Assembly (NCBI GenBank): GCA_964016885.1
Contig: OZ024741.1
Coordinates: 342,860,001-342,924,000 of the forward strand
Direction: 5' to 3'
DNA: 64,000 nt
Source of the DNA: Eledone cirrhosa
Taxonomy: Eukaryota
Positions 26,313 through 39,840 of the stretch are shown in pieces. The stretch's first letter is position 1, and each line of letters starts with the position of its first letter. The notes beneath the pieces were generated by a model. It made no database searches. It was given only the letters and a program-made list of their open reading frames with translations, and was not told the DNA's origin. Made by a program: the position numbers and the translations under genes.

Positions 26313-26500
26313 TAATAACTGTTTCTACTTTTGGCACAAGTCCAGCGATTACCCAGTACATTACTGGTACTTTATTTTATAGACCCCGTAAGGATGAAAG
26401 GCAAAGATAACCTCAGCCGGATTTGAACTCAGTCCGTAAAGGGACGAAACTCTATGCTGGAAAGCATGGCGTCCGACCCTCTACCGATACTGCCGATCTA
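26313..26500 (-). mobile_element. SINE family A
   Basis: Reverse complement of consensus. Confidence 0.85.
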
Positions 26501-26743
26501 CTATTAATAATAGACGAAATTAAGTCATACACTGCTTTTGATTTGTAAAAAGACCATATTGATTCTGCGAAGGTTTTGCTGAGCTTTTACTTTCTTTTTG
26601 AAAATAGTGTAGACGCGAGTAATAGTGTTACAGGCACACACACACACACATACACGCATATACACACACTTGAATGCACATACACACGCACATGAACATA
26701 CACACACGCACACACACACGCACGCACACACGCACACATGCGG

Positions 26744-26779
<36 letters not shown>

Positions 26780-26807
26780 ACACATGCACGCACACACGCA
26801 CACACAT

Positions 26808-26887
<80 letters not shown>

Positions 26888-27879
26888 TCACACACATGTA
26901 TATATAGATCGGAACACATTATTTATGTGCATGCAGTTCATTGTGTTCGTGAACCCGTATATTTTGACATATATATGAATGTATGTATATACATATATAT
27001 ATATAAATGTATATACGTATGTATAGATCTTTTTATCTATATGTAAGCGTTTTCTTTTACATTTTATACAATATAATACATTTCGGATCGATAAACCTCA
27101 GTTCTGATGAACCAACATTGGAACGGGGTGGGGCGTAGGGGTGGGGGAGAAGGGAAGAGTCGTATTGAAATTTGAAAAATCAACAGTTAATGTTGAAATT
27201 AGAACGTGTATATAAATTCAGCAAAAAATCAAAAAAAATCACGTGAAATTTTAATTCGAATCGATAGAAATTGTATTTATATATTTGTTTATTTTTCATT
27301 CATTCATACATCTTCTCTATTATTATCATCACCATCACCACCATCACCATCACTACCGCCATCACTATCAACACCACCACAACCACCACCACCACCACCA
27401 CCACCAACACCACCATCACCATCACTACCACCATCACTACCAACACCACCACCACCATCACCACCACCACTACTACTACTACCACCACCACCACCACCAC
27501 CACCAGCACCACCATCGCCACCACCACCAACACCACAACCACCATCATCATCATCAAAATCATCATCATCACCATCATTATCTTCTTCTTCTTCTTCTTC
27601 TCACCAGAGTGTCCTATCAGAAGCAGCCGTCTCTAACTGGATCCCCAAGTGACACAGTTATTTATTTATTTATAATATGCAGCTTTGTATCGAATCTTCC
27701 TGCTGTGGAAGGTTCAAACGCCTCTATAACAACACACGTTGACAGAAACATGTTGAAAAGGAATTCAGTGTCCTACATTCAGAGAATTCGGTGTGAGTAA
27801 TTTATAAACAAAAGCTAACTTTGCTAGCCACCAGTTGATGGGCAACCAGAAACAAACCAAATTCCAAGTGTTTACCAAT

Positions 27880-28160
27880 GTGTCCGAACACAGAAGAGCC
27901 GAACTCCCACTGTCATCGGTCTCCATCTCTCTCGCTCTCCCCATCTCTCTGTATTATGAGTAAATGGGGTCCCATGTGCTGGCCGCCCTTCAGCTCCGGC
28001 GGACAGAATGAGAAGGCGTTTCCCCGGAGGATGGTAAGGGAGATGTGCTGGAAGAGCCATTCCATCTCGCGAGGCTTACACCTGCAGCTGGTCAGCTCAG
28101 CGCCTATGGTGGTAAGTAGGGAGGTAGCCCTAGGGCCAAGGACACCAGAAGTCTCCACTT
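27880..28160 (-). mobile_element. CRE-like LINE remnant (C-terminal restriction-like endonuclease region)
   Basis: VETSGVLGPRA...IGAEL...PREMEWLFQHISLTILRGNA resembles CRE/RLE C-termini; second copy at 59762-60020. Confidence 0.65.
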
Positions 28161-28401
28161 TCATGTTGAATTTCAGGATTTAACACTGGATTTTACTTCG
28201 ATAATCCACTCTCTAACTCTTTCTCTCTCTTCCCCTCTCTCCCCCTCTCTTCCTCTCTCTTTAACACCATGATTCTACAGATATACTTACATATTACTAA
28301 CACTTGTACAAAAACACTATTACATAACTATGTACATCCGAAGTCAAACAATCCTTCATCGCTAATCACTTATAAGCAGGATTATGATTCGTACTACTGT
28401 A

Positions 28402-28591
28402 GCGGTGGATTGGCAGTATCGGTAGAGCGTCGGACCTAATGCTTTGCAGCATAGAGTTGCGTCCTTTACGGTCTGAGTTCAAATCCCGCCGAGGTTAACT
28501 TTGCCTTTCATCCTTACGGGGTCGATAAAATAAAGTACCAGTAATGTATTGGTTAATTGCTGGCCTTGTGTTAAAAGTAGAAACAATTATT
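28402..28591 (+). mobile_element. SINE family A
   Basis: gcggtggattggcagtatcggtag...gagttcaaatcccgccgagg...agtagaaacaattatt. Confidence 0.9.
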
Positions 28592-28608
28592 TACCTATAT
28601 AGGTAAAG

Positions 28609-28797
28609 GGCGGTGGATTGGCAGTATCAGTAGAGGGTCGGACGCCATGCTTTGACACATAGAGTTACGGCTCTTGCCATTCTGAGTTCAAATCTCGAGG
28701 TTAACTTTGCCTTTCATCCTTACGGGGTCGATAAAATAAAGTACCAGTAATGCACTGAGAATTTCTGGCCTTGTGCCAAAAGTAGAAACAATTATTT
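28609..28797 (+). mobile_element. SINE family A (tandem with previous copy)
   Basis: Consensus match; both copies are followed by ttacctatata. Confidence 0.9.
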
Positions 28798-28839
28798 ACC
28801 TATATACATGACAATGTGATAAATCAACCTCTTCTTTCC

Positions 28840-28936
28840 AACTCCTGATGACATGTATTTGAATTATTAATGGTAACAGCTTGGTTCATTGTTTACATGT
28901 ATTAACACAAATTGTATAGAAACAATTGTTGAGATT
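28840..28936 (+). ncRNA. Probable type-I hammerhead (weak stems)
   Basis: aactc-CTGATGA-catgta...tacatg...-GAAA-caattg-TT^-gagatt. Confidence 0.5.
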
Positions 28937-29142
28937 AAAGATGGATTTAATTTATAAACCTTAGTTCATTCAGTATTAAATAATTATGCTCTGCGGCTCT
29001 CAGTCTCATCAACTGCAAGTATCTTAACCTTTCGAAATACACCTTTAATTAGACTTGGATTCCCGTTTACTGTCGATCTCAAGTGCGTATTGAGCTTTAC
29101 ACACCTTATCAAATATAATAGTGGATTCCTCCGCCATAATTA

Positions 29143-29193
<51 letters not shown>

Positions 29194-29307
29194 TAAAATA
29201 ACAGATTAAAGTTTAAGCAAAGAATCGCTGCTTTCACCCTTAACGGGATCTTCTGAAACTAACAAAGTCAATTTTTGGATTTTAGTCTTCAATTTTATTA
29301 TTATTAT

Positions 29308-29351
<44 letters not shown>

Positions 29352-29395
29352 ATACCTATATATGTTGATATATAATTCGTATATTTTACGTTTTT

Positions 29396-29465
<70 letters not shown>

Positions 29466-29556
29466 GTGTGTGAAACAAGGAAAAGGATGATTTCACTTGT
29501 AGTTCTAAACAATTTAATTTTATAATTTTACAACTTTACAATTTTGCTATACATAC

Positions 29557-29598
<42 letters not shown>

Positions 29599-29862
29599 AG
29601 TACATACAACGGGCGAGGGCTTCAAAAACATCATCTTTGTCCGTTCTCTTGTCGTTTTAGTTTGGATTGCCTCAAGTACTTAAACTTAATATGTAATGAA
29701 GCTGTCTGATGAGATCATGGCACTGGTTGCACAGAATCACGTGGCCACTGTCGCCATTGAAATATATATCACGGGCTTATTAATAAAAGACGTTAACATC
29801 TGCAACTACTTTGCATCTTCTTCTTTTCGTCTCCCCCCTCTCTCTCTATATATATATATGTA

Positions 29863-29953
<91 letters not shown>

Positions 29954-30072
29954 CAGTGTAGGTGGTACGGCGAAATACTGGTATATATATATATATAAAC
30001 ACTTTGCGTTCCAAAATCGCTACCAACACTACCTAGCGGTCTGTCTTGTTTACTCTCATTATTTTCATTTTC

Positions 30073-30262
30073 GGGTGGATTGGCAGTATCGGTAGAGGGT
30101 CGGATGCCATGCTTTGACACATAGAGTTAGGGCCCTTGCCATTCTGAGTTCAAATCCCGCCGAGGTTAACTTTGCCTTTCATCCTTGCGGGGTCGATGAA
30201 ATAAAATACCAGTAATGTACTGGGTAATTGCTGGCCTTGTGCCAATAGTAGAAACAATTATT
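30073..30262 (+). mobile_element. SINE family A
   Basis: Consensus match. Confidence 0.9.
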
Positions 30263-30443
30263 TTCGTTTTTTTTACTACGGTCTACCTTCAATTTTCTGT
30301 TTCCCTCCTCTGTGATCCTGTCTCTATTTCTGTACTCCTGAAGAAGGACTAAAGCCCGACACGTTGAAATTTATTTCGTCTTTTCCATATAAAGCGTGAA
30401 ACTAATAAGACTTTTTGTAACTCAGTTTTGTCGCCTCCTTGAA

Positions 30444-30514
<71 letters not shown>

Positions 30515-30599
30515 AAACCAATATATATATAAAACCATATATATATATAAAAAAACCATATATATATATAAAACCAAAGAGAAGAAGGAGGAGGAGACT

Positions 30600-30675
<76 letters not shown>

Positions 30676-30690
30676 AATTATTTTAACTGT

Positions 30691-30875
30691 TTGGTGGATT
30701 GGCAGTATCGGTAGAGGGTCGGACGCCATGCTTTGACGCACAGTTACGGCCCTTGCCATTCTGTGTTCAAATCCTGCCGAGGTTAACTTTGCCTTTCATC
30801 CTTACGGGGTCGATAAAATAAAGTACCAGTAATGCACTGGGTAATTGCTGGCCTTGTATCAAAAGTAGAAACAAT
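30691..30875 (+). mobile_element. SINE family A with 18-bp target-site duplication
   Basis: attaattattttaactgt at 30673-30690 and 30874-30891. Confidence 0.92.
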
Positions 30876-31189
30876 TAATTATTTTAACTGTGTAACAATT
30901 GTGATGAAGTGTTTTGATCAAAGAACAGAACACATCACCTAGCTCAGTGATTGAACCCAAGCCCATTCAATCCAGGGACCAACAATTTAATCACTACGTC
31001 ACGCACCCTCTCTCTATATATATGCAGCTATATAAACACAACTAGTATCTGTGAAGAAATTACAGGGAGAAAATTGCAAGCCACGAAGAAAGGACGAAAA
31101 AGAGTATTTATAGTGTGATCGAGGGAGAGGATGAAAGACCGTGGCAGAGGGAGGGGATGAATAACTAGAGAGAGCTCAAGTGCGGGAGA

Positions 31190-31391
31190 TAGACAGAGAC
31201 AGAGAAGGTAGAGAGGAAGAGAGGGAGAGAAAGAAGACAGAGAGAGTCAGAGAGAGAGAGCGGGGGAGTGAAATGATGAGAGAGAGAGAGAGAGAGAGAG
31301 AAGGAGGCTGGGGAAAAGAAAGAAAGATAGAAAGAAAGAAAGAGAGAAAGAGGTTGAGGAGAAAGAAAGATAAAGAAAAAGAGGTTGAGGA

Positions 31392-31422
<31 letters not shown>

Positions 31423-31577
31423 TGAGAAGTTGTGGAGAAAGAAAGATAGATAGATAAATAGATAGATAGAGAGAGAGAGAGAGAGAAGTTGTGGAGAAAG
31501 ATAGATAGATAGAGAGAGAGAGAGAGAAAGAGGCTGGGGGAAAGAAAGAAAGAGAGAAAGAAAGAAAGAGAGAGAGA

Positions 31578-31625
<48 letters not shown>

Positions 31626-31670
31626 CTATACAGAAAGAAAGATAAAGAGAGAAAGAGACTGGGGAACAAG
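31190..31670. repeat. AG-rich low-complexity tract: (AG)n, (AGAA)n, (AGAT)n
   Basis: Seen directly. Confidence 0.9.
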
Positions 31671-32661
31671 AAAGCTAGAGGGACAACTAGAGTAAAAGTA
31701 CAAAATCAGCAATCATTGTATCGCAATTTCATTTATGGAATTTAATTTCTTTACGCAGTTTTCTGTAATTTTCATCTGAAATGTTTCTGTTTAGTGAGAC
31801 CGCAGCAGTATTTAGTTTTAATTTAGATAGCCACGCTCAGATAAAGTGATTATGTATACAGAAAAAGTTCAGCTGAACTACAATTAAGATCTGACCCTAA
31901 TAACAGTCACAGTGGTTGTTGGTCTCTTGCAAATATCTTTTATATTTTGGTTTAATAGCCGTGAATTTCTTGAATGGTGAGGCTACGTATTAACAAATTT
32001 AACAGCTCAGCAGATCTGAGAGGGCCTCCAGCGAAGCCTGAGTGAAGTCGCTCGAGCTACTTCAAATATATTTGCGTTATAGGTCTTGCTCGAGAGCAAG
32101 AAAAATAACAAAAATAGCACCTCCACCACCACCACCACCATCACCACCACCACCATCATCATCACCATCACCACCACCATCACCGCCCCCACCACCATAA
32201 CAGCAACCCCCCTTCCCCATCTCCACCATCACCCCTCCCACCATCAACAACATCAATAACAAAAACAAGAATAGTAACAACAGCTACAGCCACAACAGTA
32301 AGTCTTTATTTACGCAGTTATCTTTAGAAATACGAAATTCCAATACATATCTGTATACAACTATGCTTGAAGCTAAATGCTAATTCTATTCTATTATAAA
32401 TTCAGTCAACTTATACAGCTTCATATGCAAATGAGATTAATCACCTCATTTAGACTGACGAAAAAACTATATATGCTCGCCTGTTTTCAAAGTCCAGCAG
32501 TTTCAAGAGCGGGAGGGATCGTCCTAATGAGAACCAGTTCAGCTCGAAATGACCCCCTTGCTTTTGCTGGACACCACCAGGTGGCGATAGGCAGCAATAT
32601 TTTTGCATAGCTACGGCTTTCTAAATCTTTATTTATAAACATACCGTACTATTTAGAAATT

Positions 32662-32697
<36 letters not shown>

Positions 32698-32701
<4 letters not shown>

Positions 32702-33260
32702 ATATATAAGAACAAAAGATGGTTAAAGGAGTTCCATGTATTTTATTATGCGCATTTCAAAAACAAATATCATCATGCAATAATATTTGTGTTTTCATCA
32801 GATAAAATAGGAAGACATGATATGAAGGTTAAAAAACATTTGTGGATAGTGCAGTTTTAAATCAACATATGAAAAGTAGTTTTAGATTGATGTGTGATAT
32901 TTGGAAAAAAATATTTTTTTGAGGGGGTGGGGGGTGGAAAGGATGAAAAAGAGGAAGAGATGAGAGTAAAAAGTGGAGATGGAGGAGTATAATGAGGAAG
33001 GATGAGATAGGATGAGAGATGGGTGATAGAGAGAGAGAAATAGCTTTTATAACTGAGAAAAATATATTGTTTTACATAGAGAGGTTGAAAAACCGTTGGA
33101 AGATAATGTATAAATTAAAAGAATTTGAAAATTAACGAAGAGAAAAATAATGTAAAGTTAAGGTTTGTATATTGAAGGGTTTGATAATATGTGCAATGAA
33201 AAGAAAATGTTAATATGTATTAAGAATAATATTTAAGGGTTTAATAATATGTGCGATGGA
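32698..33260 (-). mobile_element. PLE pLTR/3' UTR family B fragment with hammerhead at 32739-32809
   Basis: Matches 16922-17090 and ~45575-46350; lies between (TA)n tracts. Confidence 0.8.
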
Positions 33261-33267
33261 AAAAAAA

Positions 33268-33513
<246 letters not shown>

Positions 33514-33524
33514 TATATATGCCG

Positions 33525-33740
33525 AGGCGTGTGGCTGAGTGGCTAGAGAATTGGATTCGCAATCGTGAGGTTGTGAGTTCGATTCCCGCACCGGGCGATC
33601 CGCTATGTCCTTAAGCAAGACACTTTATTTTACGTTGCCGCTTCTACCTGGAGTTGCGACCGATAGTTAGTATTAGCAACTGAAAAGACCAATGAAAACA
33701 TTGTTTGCTCGGTCCGATTTGACGAAAGTCGATCATTCCC
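33525..33740 (+). mobile_element. SINE family B (short variant)
   Basis: gtggctgagtggctag box A, gagttcgattccc box B; matches 52233-52450. Confidence 0.85.
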
Positions 33741-33749
33741 TATATATAT

Positions 33750-33941
33750 TATAAATGTAAGCTATCGCCGTATTTTGACTAAAGAAATTAAAGAAAATTA
33801 AAGAAAAGATGTGGGTTCGACTCCCATGTACGTCAATACTCATCTTTTTCCATTTCTCCGAGGGTTATTAACCCCACTATCAGGCTAAATAATTTTCTTT
33901 AATTTCTTTAGTCAAAATACGGCGATAGCTTACATTTATAA
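33750..33941 (+). mobile_element. Family H (tRNA-containing unit) fragment with inverted ends
   Basis: 33750-33800 is the reverse complement of 33890-33941; contains the T-arm gtgggttcgactcccat. Confidence 0.75.
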
Positions 33942-33952
33942 AACAAATTTAG

Positions 33953-34017
33953 TATTTTATCTGATGAAAGCACACCAAGGTTAGCTTGGTTGTTCTTGAA
34001 ATATATATAATAAAATA
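33953..34017 (+). ncRNA. Type-I hammerhead (family A variant) in pLTR fragment ~33942-34150
   Basis: tattttat-CTGATGA-aagcacaccaagg...cttggttgttctt-GAAA-tatata-TA^-ataaaata. Confidence 0.85.
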
Positions 34018-34157
34018 AATATGGTTTTATAGATATAGTTTCCATTTATTTAATATCATGGAGTATTTACTCCAGTTATCTGTTGAGTGCTCTAAATCAG
34101 TTATAAACATTTACGTTTGTCGGAATTCCAACAAATTAAATACAACTTCTACACACA

Positions 34158-34235
<78 letters not shown>

Positions 34236-34674
34236 CACATACATACACACGTATACGGTTACCACAAAACCAAGCGTAGTCACAGGAAACACAACACCAA
34301 GAAGACCTTTCATACTGTTACCACCTTTATTAACACTATCATATAAGACTACAACGTGAACGTTACGAGAAATCTGTTAATGGGAACTGATAAGTTTCAA
34401 ATGATGTTTCATAGTTTTAATTTTTGTTTTTTAAATTTCATATCGCTTTCAAAATACTCCATTTTTAACTTCCATTTTGCTTATCTTTCATGCACAGAAT
34501 TTTGCTTTCATCTCGACTTAAGCATCTCTAAATTACAGAGTTATCCAGCACACCTATGTCATTCGATTTTCACACATTGAAGGAATGGTTTTCATTTTTT
34601 GCTTAAATAATCATCATCCGTCTCATATGGGAAATTGGTGAGATATATATAGAGATAGAGAAAGTAAAACAAAG

Positions 34675-34794
<120 letters not shown>

Positions 34795-34914
34795 TATAGA
34801 TATATAGATATAGATATATAGATATATATATATAGATATATAGATATATATATAGATAAAGAGAGAGAGAAAGTAAGAAGACAGAGTAAGACAGAGAGAA
34901 ATATATATGTATAC

Positions 34915-34945
<31 letters not shown>

Positions 34946-34959
34946 AAGAGAGAGAAAGT

Positions 34960-35040
<81 letters not shown>

Positions 35041-35179
35041 TGAGAGAGAAACAGAGCTCTGCAAAAATATACATATATATTCATAGATCTACTGAAGCAA
35101 ATAAACTGCGCTATTTTCTGGTTCGAATGTATATCAGAATACTGCTATACACTCACTAACACATACACACATATACGCA

Positions 35180-35648
35180 CTTTCAGGCAACGGCCAGCCT
35201 CACGAACCCGTAACATATCCTGAACAAGCAATGCCTGTGCTTTGACGGCTTTTTAAGTGGGGAAAGGCCTTGCACTCGACCAATCAAACTCTCTGAGCAT
35301 CGAAAACACTTTTCGAAAAGGAGAACTGGTCAACATCATCGGATACTTCCGAAGCCGCAGAATTTTTTCAGAGTTTCTCTCTCTTAGAAAGGTGTTGTGA
35401 CAACAACTGGCGGCTTTCACTACCAGGTGAAAAAAAGAAGAAAAATAAAAAGCACTATTTGGATGGCCGTTGACTCTGCTGAGTTCCTCTGCCTTTTGCC
35501 GAGTCTTATATTTCTTCCCGCAGGGTGTCCAAATAGCACCCTCCCCACCAAGCTACCTTGGTGGGGTTGCCGGTTTAATCGCCGACGACCCAACCATGAG
35601 ACAGGCTGTACTGGGTTAGATGTTGCCAGTAGCACTCGAGAGCGACCA
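35180..35648 (-). mobile_element. RTE-type 5'-UTR-like repeat (copy 2)
   Basis: Homologous to 21980-22349. Confidence 0.55.
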
Positions 35649-36020
35649 TACATACGTACGTACGTACATACATACATACATACATACATACATACATACA
35701 TACATACATACATACATGCATACATACATACATGCATACATACATACGTACGTACGTACATACATACTTGCATACGTACGTACATACATACATACGTACG
35801 TACGTACATACATACATACATACGTACGTACGTACATACATACATACATACATACATACATACATACATACATACATACGTACGTACGTATGTACGTACA
35901 TACATACATACATACATACGTACGTACATACATACATACATACGTACGTTCATACATACGTACGTACATACATACATGCATACGTTCGTACATACATACA
36001 TACATTACATACATACATAC
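35649..36020. repeat. (TACA/TACG)n tetranucleotide array; a similar array lies at 36630-36943
   Basis: Seen directly. Confidence 0.95.
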
Positions 36021-36629
36021 ATGGTGGCTGCCAACTCGTTTTCGAGTACGGCCACTACTTTATATCCATGTAGGAGAACTCCTACCGATGCGCTGAACGA
36101 ATGTGACTTTAGTCCTGCCAGCGACTTGAAAACTCTGGTACAAACACTACACTTGTGACAATTATTGACACATAGTGCAGGGCCCATGGTACCATGTGAC
36201 GACAAGTGCAGAGAGATCTCCAGATATAAAGCAATGCCTGTGCTGTGAAGCTTTTATAGTGAGCAAAGGCACTGCACAAAGCCAGTCCCACTCTCTTAAC
36301 CAAGATGATATTTACCAAAAAGAAGAACGAGTCAACATCATTGGATACCATCAGAGTTGCAGGTGTTATATCAGAGTTTTCCTTCTCCTAGAATTCTGCC
36401 TTGACAAAGGCTAAGGGGTCATCTCTCCCGGTGATTTTGGATGGCCATTGACTCTTAAGAGCTCCTTTGCCCTTTGACAGGTTTTGTTTTTAGTCCTGCA
36501 GGATGTCCAAAGTCACCCTCCTCACCAAGAAACCTTAGTGGGGTTGCCAGTTTAGTCGCCAACGACCCGACCATGGGACATGTTGTAGTGGAATACATGT
36601 TACCAGTAGCACCAAGTGGTGACCTGACA
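36021..36629 (-). mobile_element. Internally deleted RTE-type element (5' UTR joined to C-terminal C2H2 finger and 3' UTR)
   Basis: AGGAGAAGGAAAACTCTG motif at 36389-36372; CSVCTRVFKSLAGLKSH at ~36151-36101; (ATGT)n tail. Confidence 0.6.
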
Positions 36630-36999
36630 TACATACATACATACGTACGTACATACATACATACATACATACATACATACATACATACATACATACGTGC
36701 GTACATACATACATAAGTACGTACATACATACATACATACATATATACGTACTTTCATACATACATACATACATACGTACGTACATACATACGTACGCAC
36801 ATACATACATACGTACGTACATACATACATACATACGTACGTACGTACATACATACATATGTACGTACATACATACATACATACGTACGTACATACATAC
36901 ATACGTACGTACATACATACATACATACGTACGTACATACATACAGACTGATCGACCGACACACAAACAAACACACATACACATACACATTTATATATA

Positions 37000-37081
37000 C
37001 AGGGTGGCCCCCGCAAAAAAATGTATACACACTTTTATTAGAATGCTGTTGAAGTGTGTATACATTATTTGGGACAGCTTG
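37000..37081. mobile_element. Tiny Tc1/mariner-type MITE
   Basis: TA-cagggtggccc...aatgtatacacactt / aagtgtgtatacatt...gggacagcttg-TA imperfect TIRs. Confidence 0.6.
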
Positions 37082-37242
37082 TATATACGTTTATGTATTT
37101 GTTTTGATTTGAAATCGTGTGTTGAAACGATTTCACATTAAGATCCTTGCAAAATAAATACATAAATCTAACGACGTGAGCCTCTGGTAGGCGAAACAAG
37201 ACGCTGAAATATATATATACCATCTTGTTTTTGTGCGTGTTT

Positions 37243-37688
<446 letters not shown>

Positions 37689-37836
37689 TGCACCAGAGTA
37701 CTCAATACTTAGGGTAGTAGAGTTGGTAATAGGAAAATGTTCAAGACCCCGGCGGCAGAACTCAAGCCGTTTCGACGGCTATGTCTGATTCCAGAAAATT
37801 CGGGGTCTTGAACATTTTCCTATATATATATATATT

Positions 37837-38720
37837 AGAGTAGTCCTTAGCAATAGGTCATTTTCTGAAAGTTTTGCTGTTCCAACCAACAAAAACACGG
37901 GTTGTGCAAAATTTCAGCTCAATTGGCTAACTGTTAGCCGACCCCCAAACTCCTTGAATTTGGAATATAGTATACGCAACGATTAATTCTGTTCAAAAGC
38001 GGTATAATCTTCTTAGAGAAATTTATGTGGACACATCCAGGCAACTCCATCAAATGTTTAAAAACGTTCTGAATCAAATTTACCAATGGTTAATTTGAAA
38101 AATTCCTGAAATAACATGAAAAATTAAGAAATACTAGGTCTTCTTAATAAAACACACAACTTCTATAAGTGTAACGCATTTTTATTTACAACAATAATTT
38201 TTATAGAATCAAAACCATAATGTGAACACTAAACACTGAATATTGAACATTGCTTTGACGCATAAAGTTGCGGCCCTTGCCATTCTGAGTTCAAATCCCG
38301 TCGAGGTTAACTTTGCCTTTCATCCTTACGGGGTCGATAAAATAAAGTACCAGTAATGTACTGGTGAATTGCTGGCCTTGTGCCAAAAGTAGAAACAATT
38401 ATTTTTGTATAAGAGACGATTTAGTGGCAGTTGGGAATGTTTACGGTTTTCGGTAGCGATCTGTAAAACAAATTGTTTCTCAGTTTCACCTTTTGTGAGA
38501 ATGTTATTGTTATACTGAATGAGTTTGACACCTCTTTCTGCAACATCATTCACACAACTGTCTTCTCAAGTTTTTCAAGTCAACTTTTTTAATCAGGATC
38601 ATACTTCCACGTTGAAGGATATTTGTCGAGGAAATCGGTGCCGATAGAAAATCTCTCGAAGAAAATTTTCTAGCAGGAGTTACAAAACTCGATGAAAAAA
38701 AGTCATTTTGGTGCAGAATA
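37837..38720 (-). mobile_element. hAT-type (hATm-like) DNA transposon 3' remnant, interrupted by a truncated SINE A at ~38250-38403
   Basis: NDVAERGVKLIQ..NNILTKGETEKQFVLQI resembles hATm transposase C-termini (recall-based). Confidence 0.6.
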
Positions 38721-38759
38721 TACCTCTTCAGTAGATTTTTTCTTCCTCTTCCTCTTCTT

Positions 38760-39080
38760 CACCTTTGTCTGCTTCCAGCATAACCTCTTCTTGCTCTCCT
38801 TGCTCTCCTTTTCTTATTACGCTCCTTGCTCTCCTTGCTCTCCCTTTCTCCTTGCTCTTCTTTTCTACTTGCTCTCCTTGTTCTCCTTTTCTCCTTCCTC
38901 TCCTCGCTCTCCTTTTCTCCAGGCTCTCTGATCTTTTCTCTTCCCACTTCTCGCTCTCCTTTTATCCTTGTTCTCCTTGCTCTCATTTTCTCATTACTAT
39001 CCTTGCTCTTCCTTTCTCCTTGCTCTGCTTGCTCTCCTTGATCTCCTAGCTCTCCTTGCTCTCACTTTCTCCTTGTATCT
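38760..39080. repeat. Pyrimidine-rich ~10/20-bp repeat (ctccttgctct)
   Basis: Seen directly. Confidence 0.85.
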
Positions 39081-39157
39081 ATGTACTTGGTTATATAAAT
39101 AATACAATGAGAAAAGGGGAGCAAGGAGAAATACGAAAGCAAGGATAGTAAGGAGCG

Positions 39158-39200
<43 letters not shown>

Positions 39201-39259
39201 ATGTATTACTCAATACCGAGTACTAATTTTTCTCAGCTGTCAACCAGATATATGTATAT

Positions 39260-39637
39260 TAGGGTGGCCTTGTTAAGGGCCAAGTTAAAATTTTGCTCTT
39301 CCCACGGCGAAAAATATGTGTTTGCCCTATACCTGCCCTCTGTCCCCAGCTTTGCAAGTTGCCTTCTCCATTATATTTATTGTTACTTTTCCTTCTAATA
39401 CCAAGAATAAGTCTGAACAACTTTTTAATTTAAGAGAAAATTATATAAGAGATAAACATTTTTTATCTGAAAAATGACTTTCCGGGCGAAAACTTAAAAA
39501 TTTCATGGTCATTGAGGGCCGCCTTGCAGTTGTCCGCTTGAGCTAAAGTTTTGCATACATTGGTTTTTTGCTGATTGAAACAAGACAAGGGGGTGGGAGC
39601 TAAACCGTTAGAAAGTTAAAAAATAAGGTCCACCCTA
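39260..39637. mobile_element. Non-autonomous hAT-like MITE
   Basis: TIRs tagggtggcctt / aaggtccacccta; flanks atgtatat / atatatat fit an 8-bp TSD with one mismatch. Confidence 0.65.
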
Positions 39638-39808
39638 ATATATATATATATATATATTGGTGGTTTTTCCTGTTTTAGTGATGGCACACTATCTCTCTCT
39701 AGTGTGTTACCTTTTCAACAGATTGTATTTTAAAGAGCTCAGGATTCCTTTTCCTTTGAGCACATTATTGACAGGGAATAACGGGAGTCTATGTCTCCGT
39801 TAATTTAT

Positions 39809-39840
<32 letters not shown>

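Noticed and set aside
30330-30440. Hammerhead remnant ctgaaga...gacacg; similar remnants at 29225-29265, 37165-37200, 54282-54318 and 59512-59575
   Set aside because: Core or stems too degraded to call
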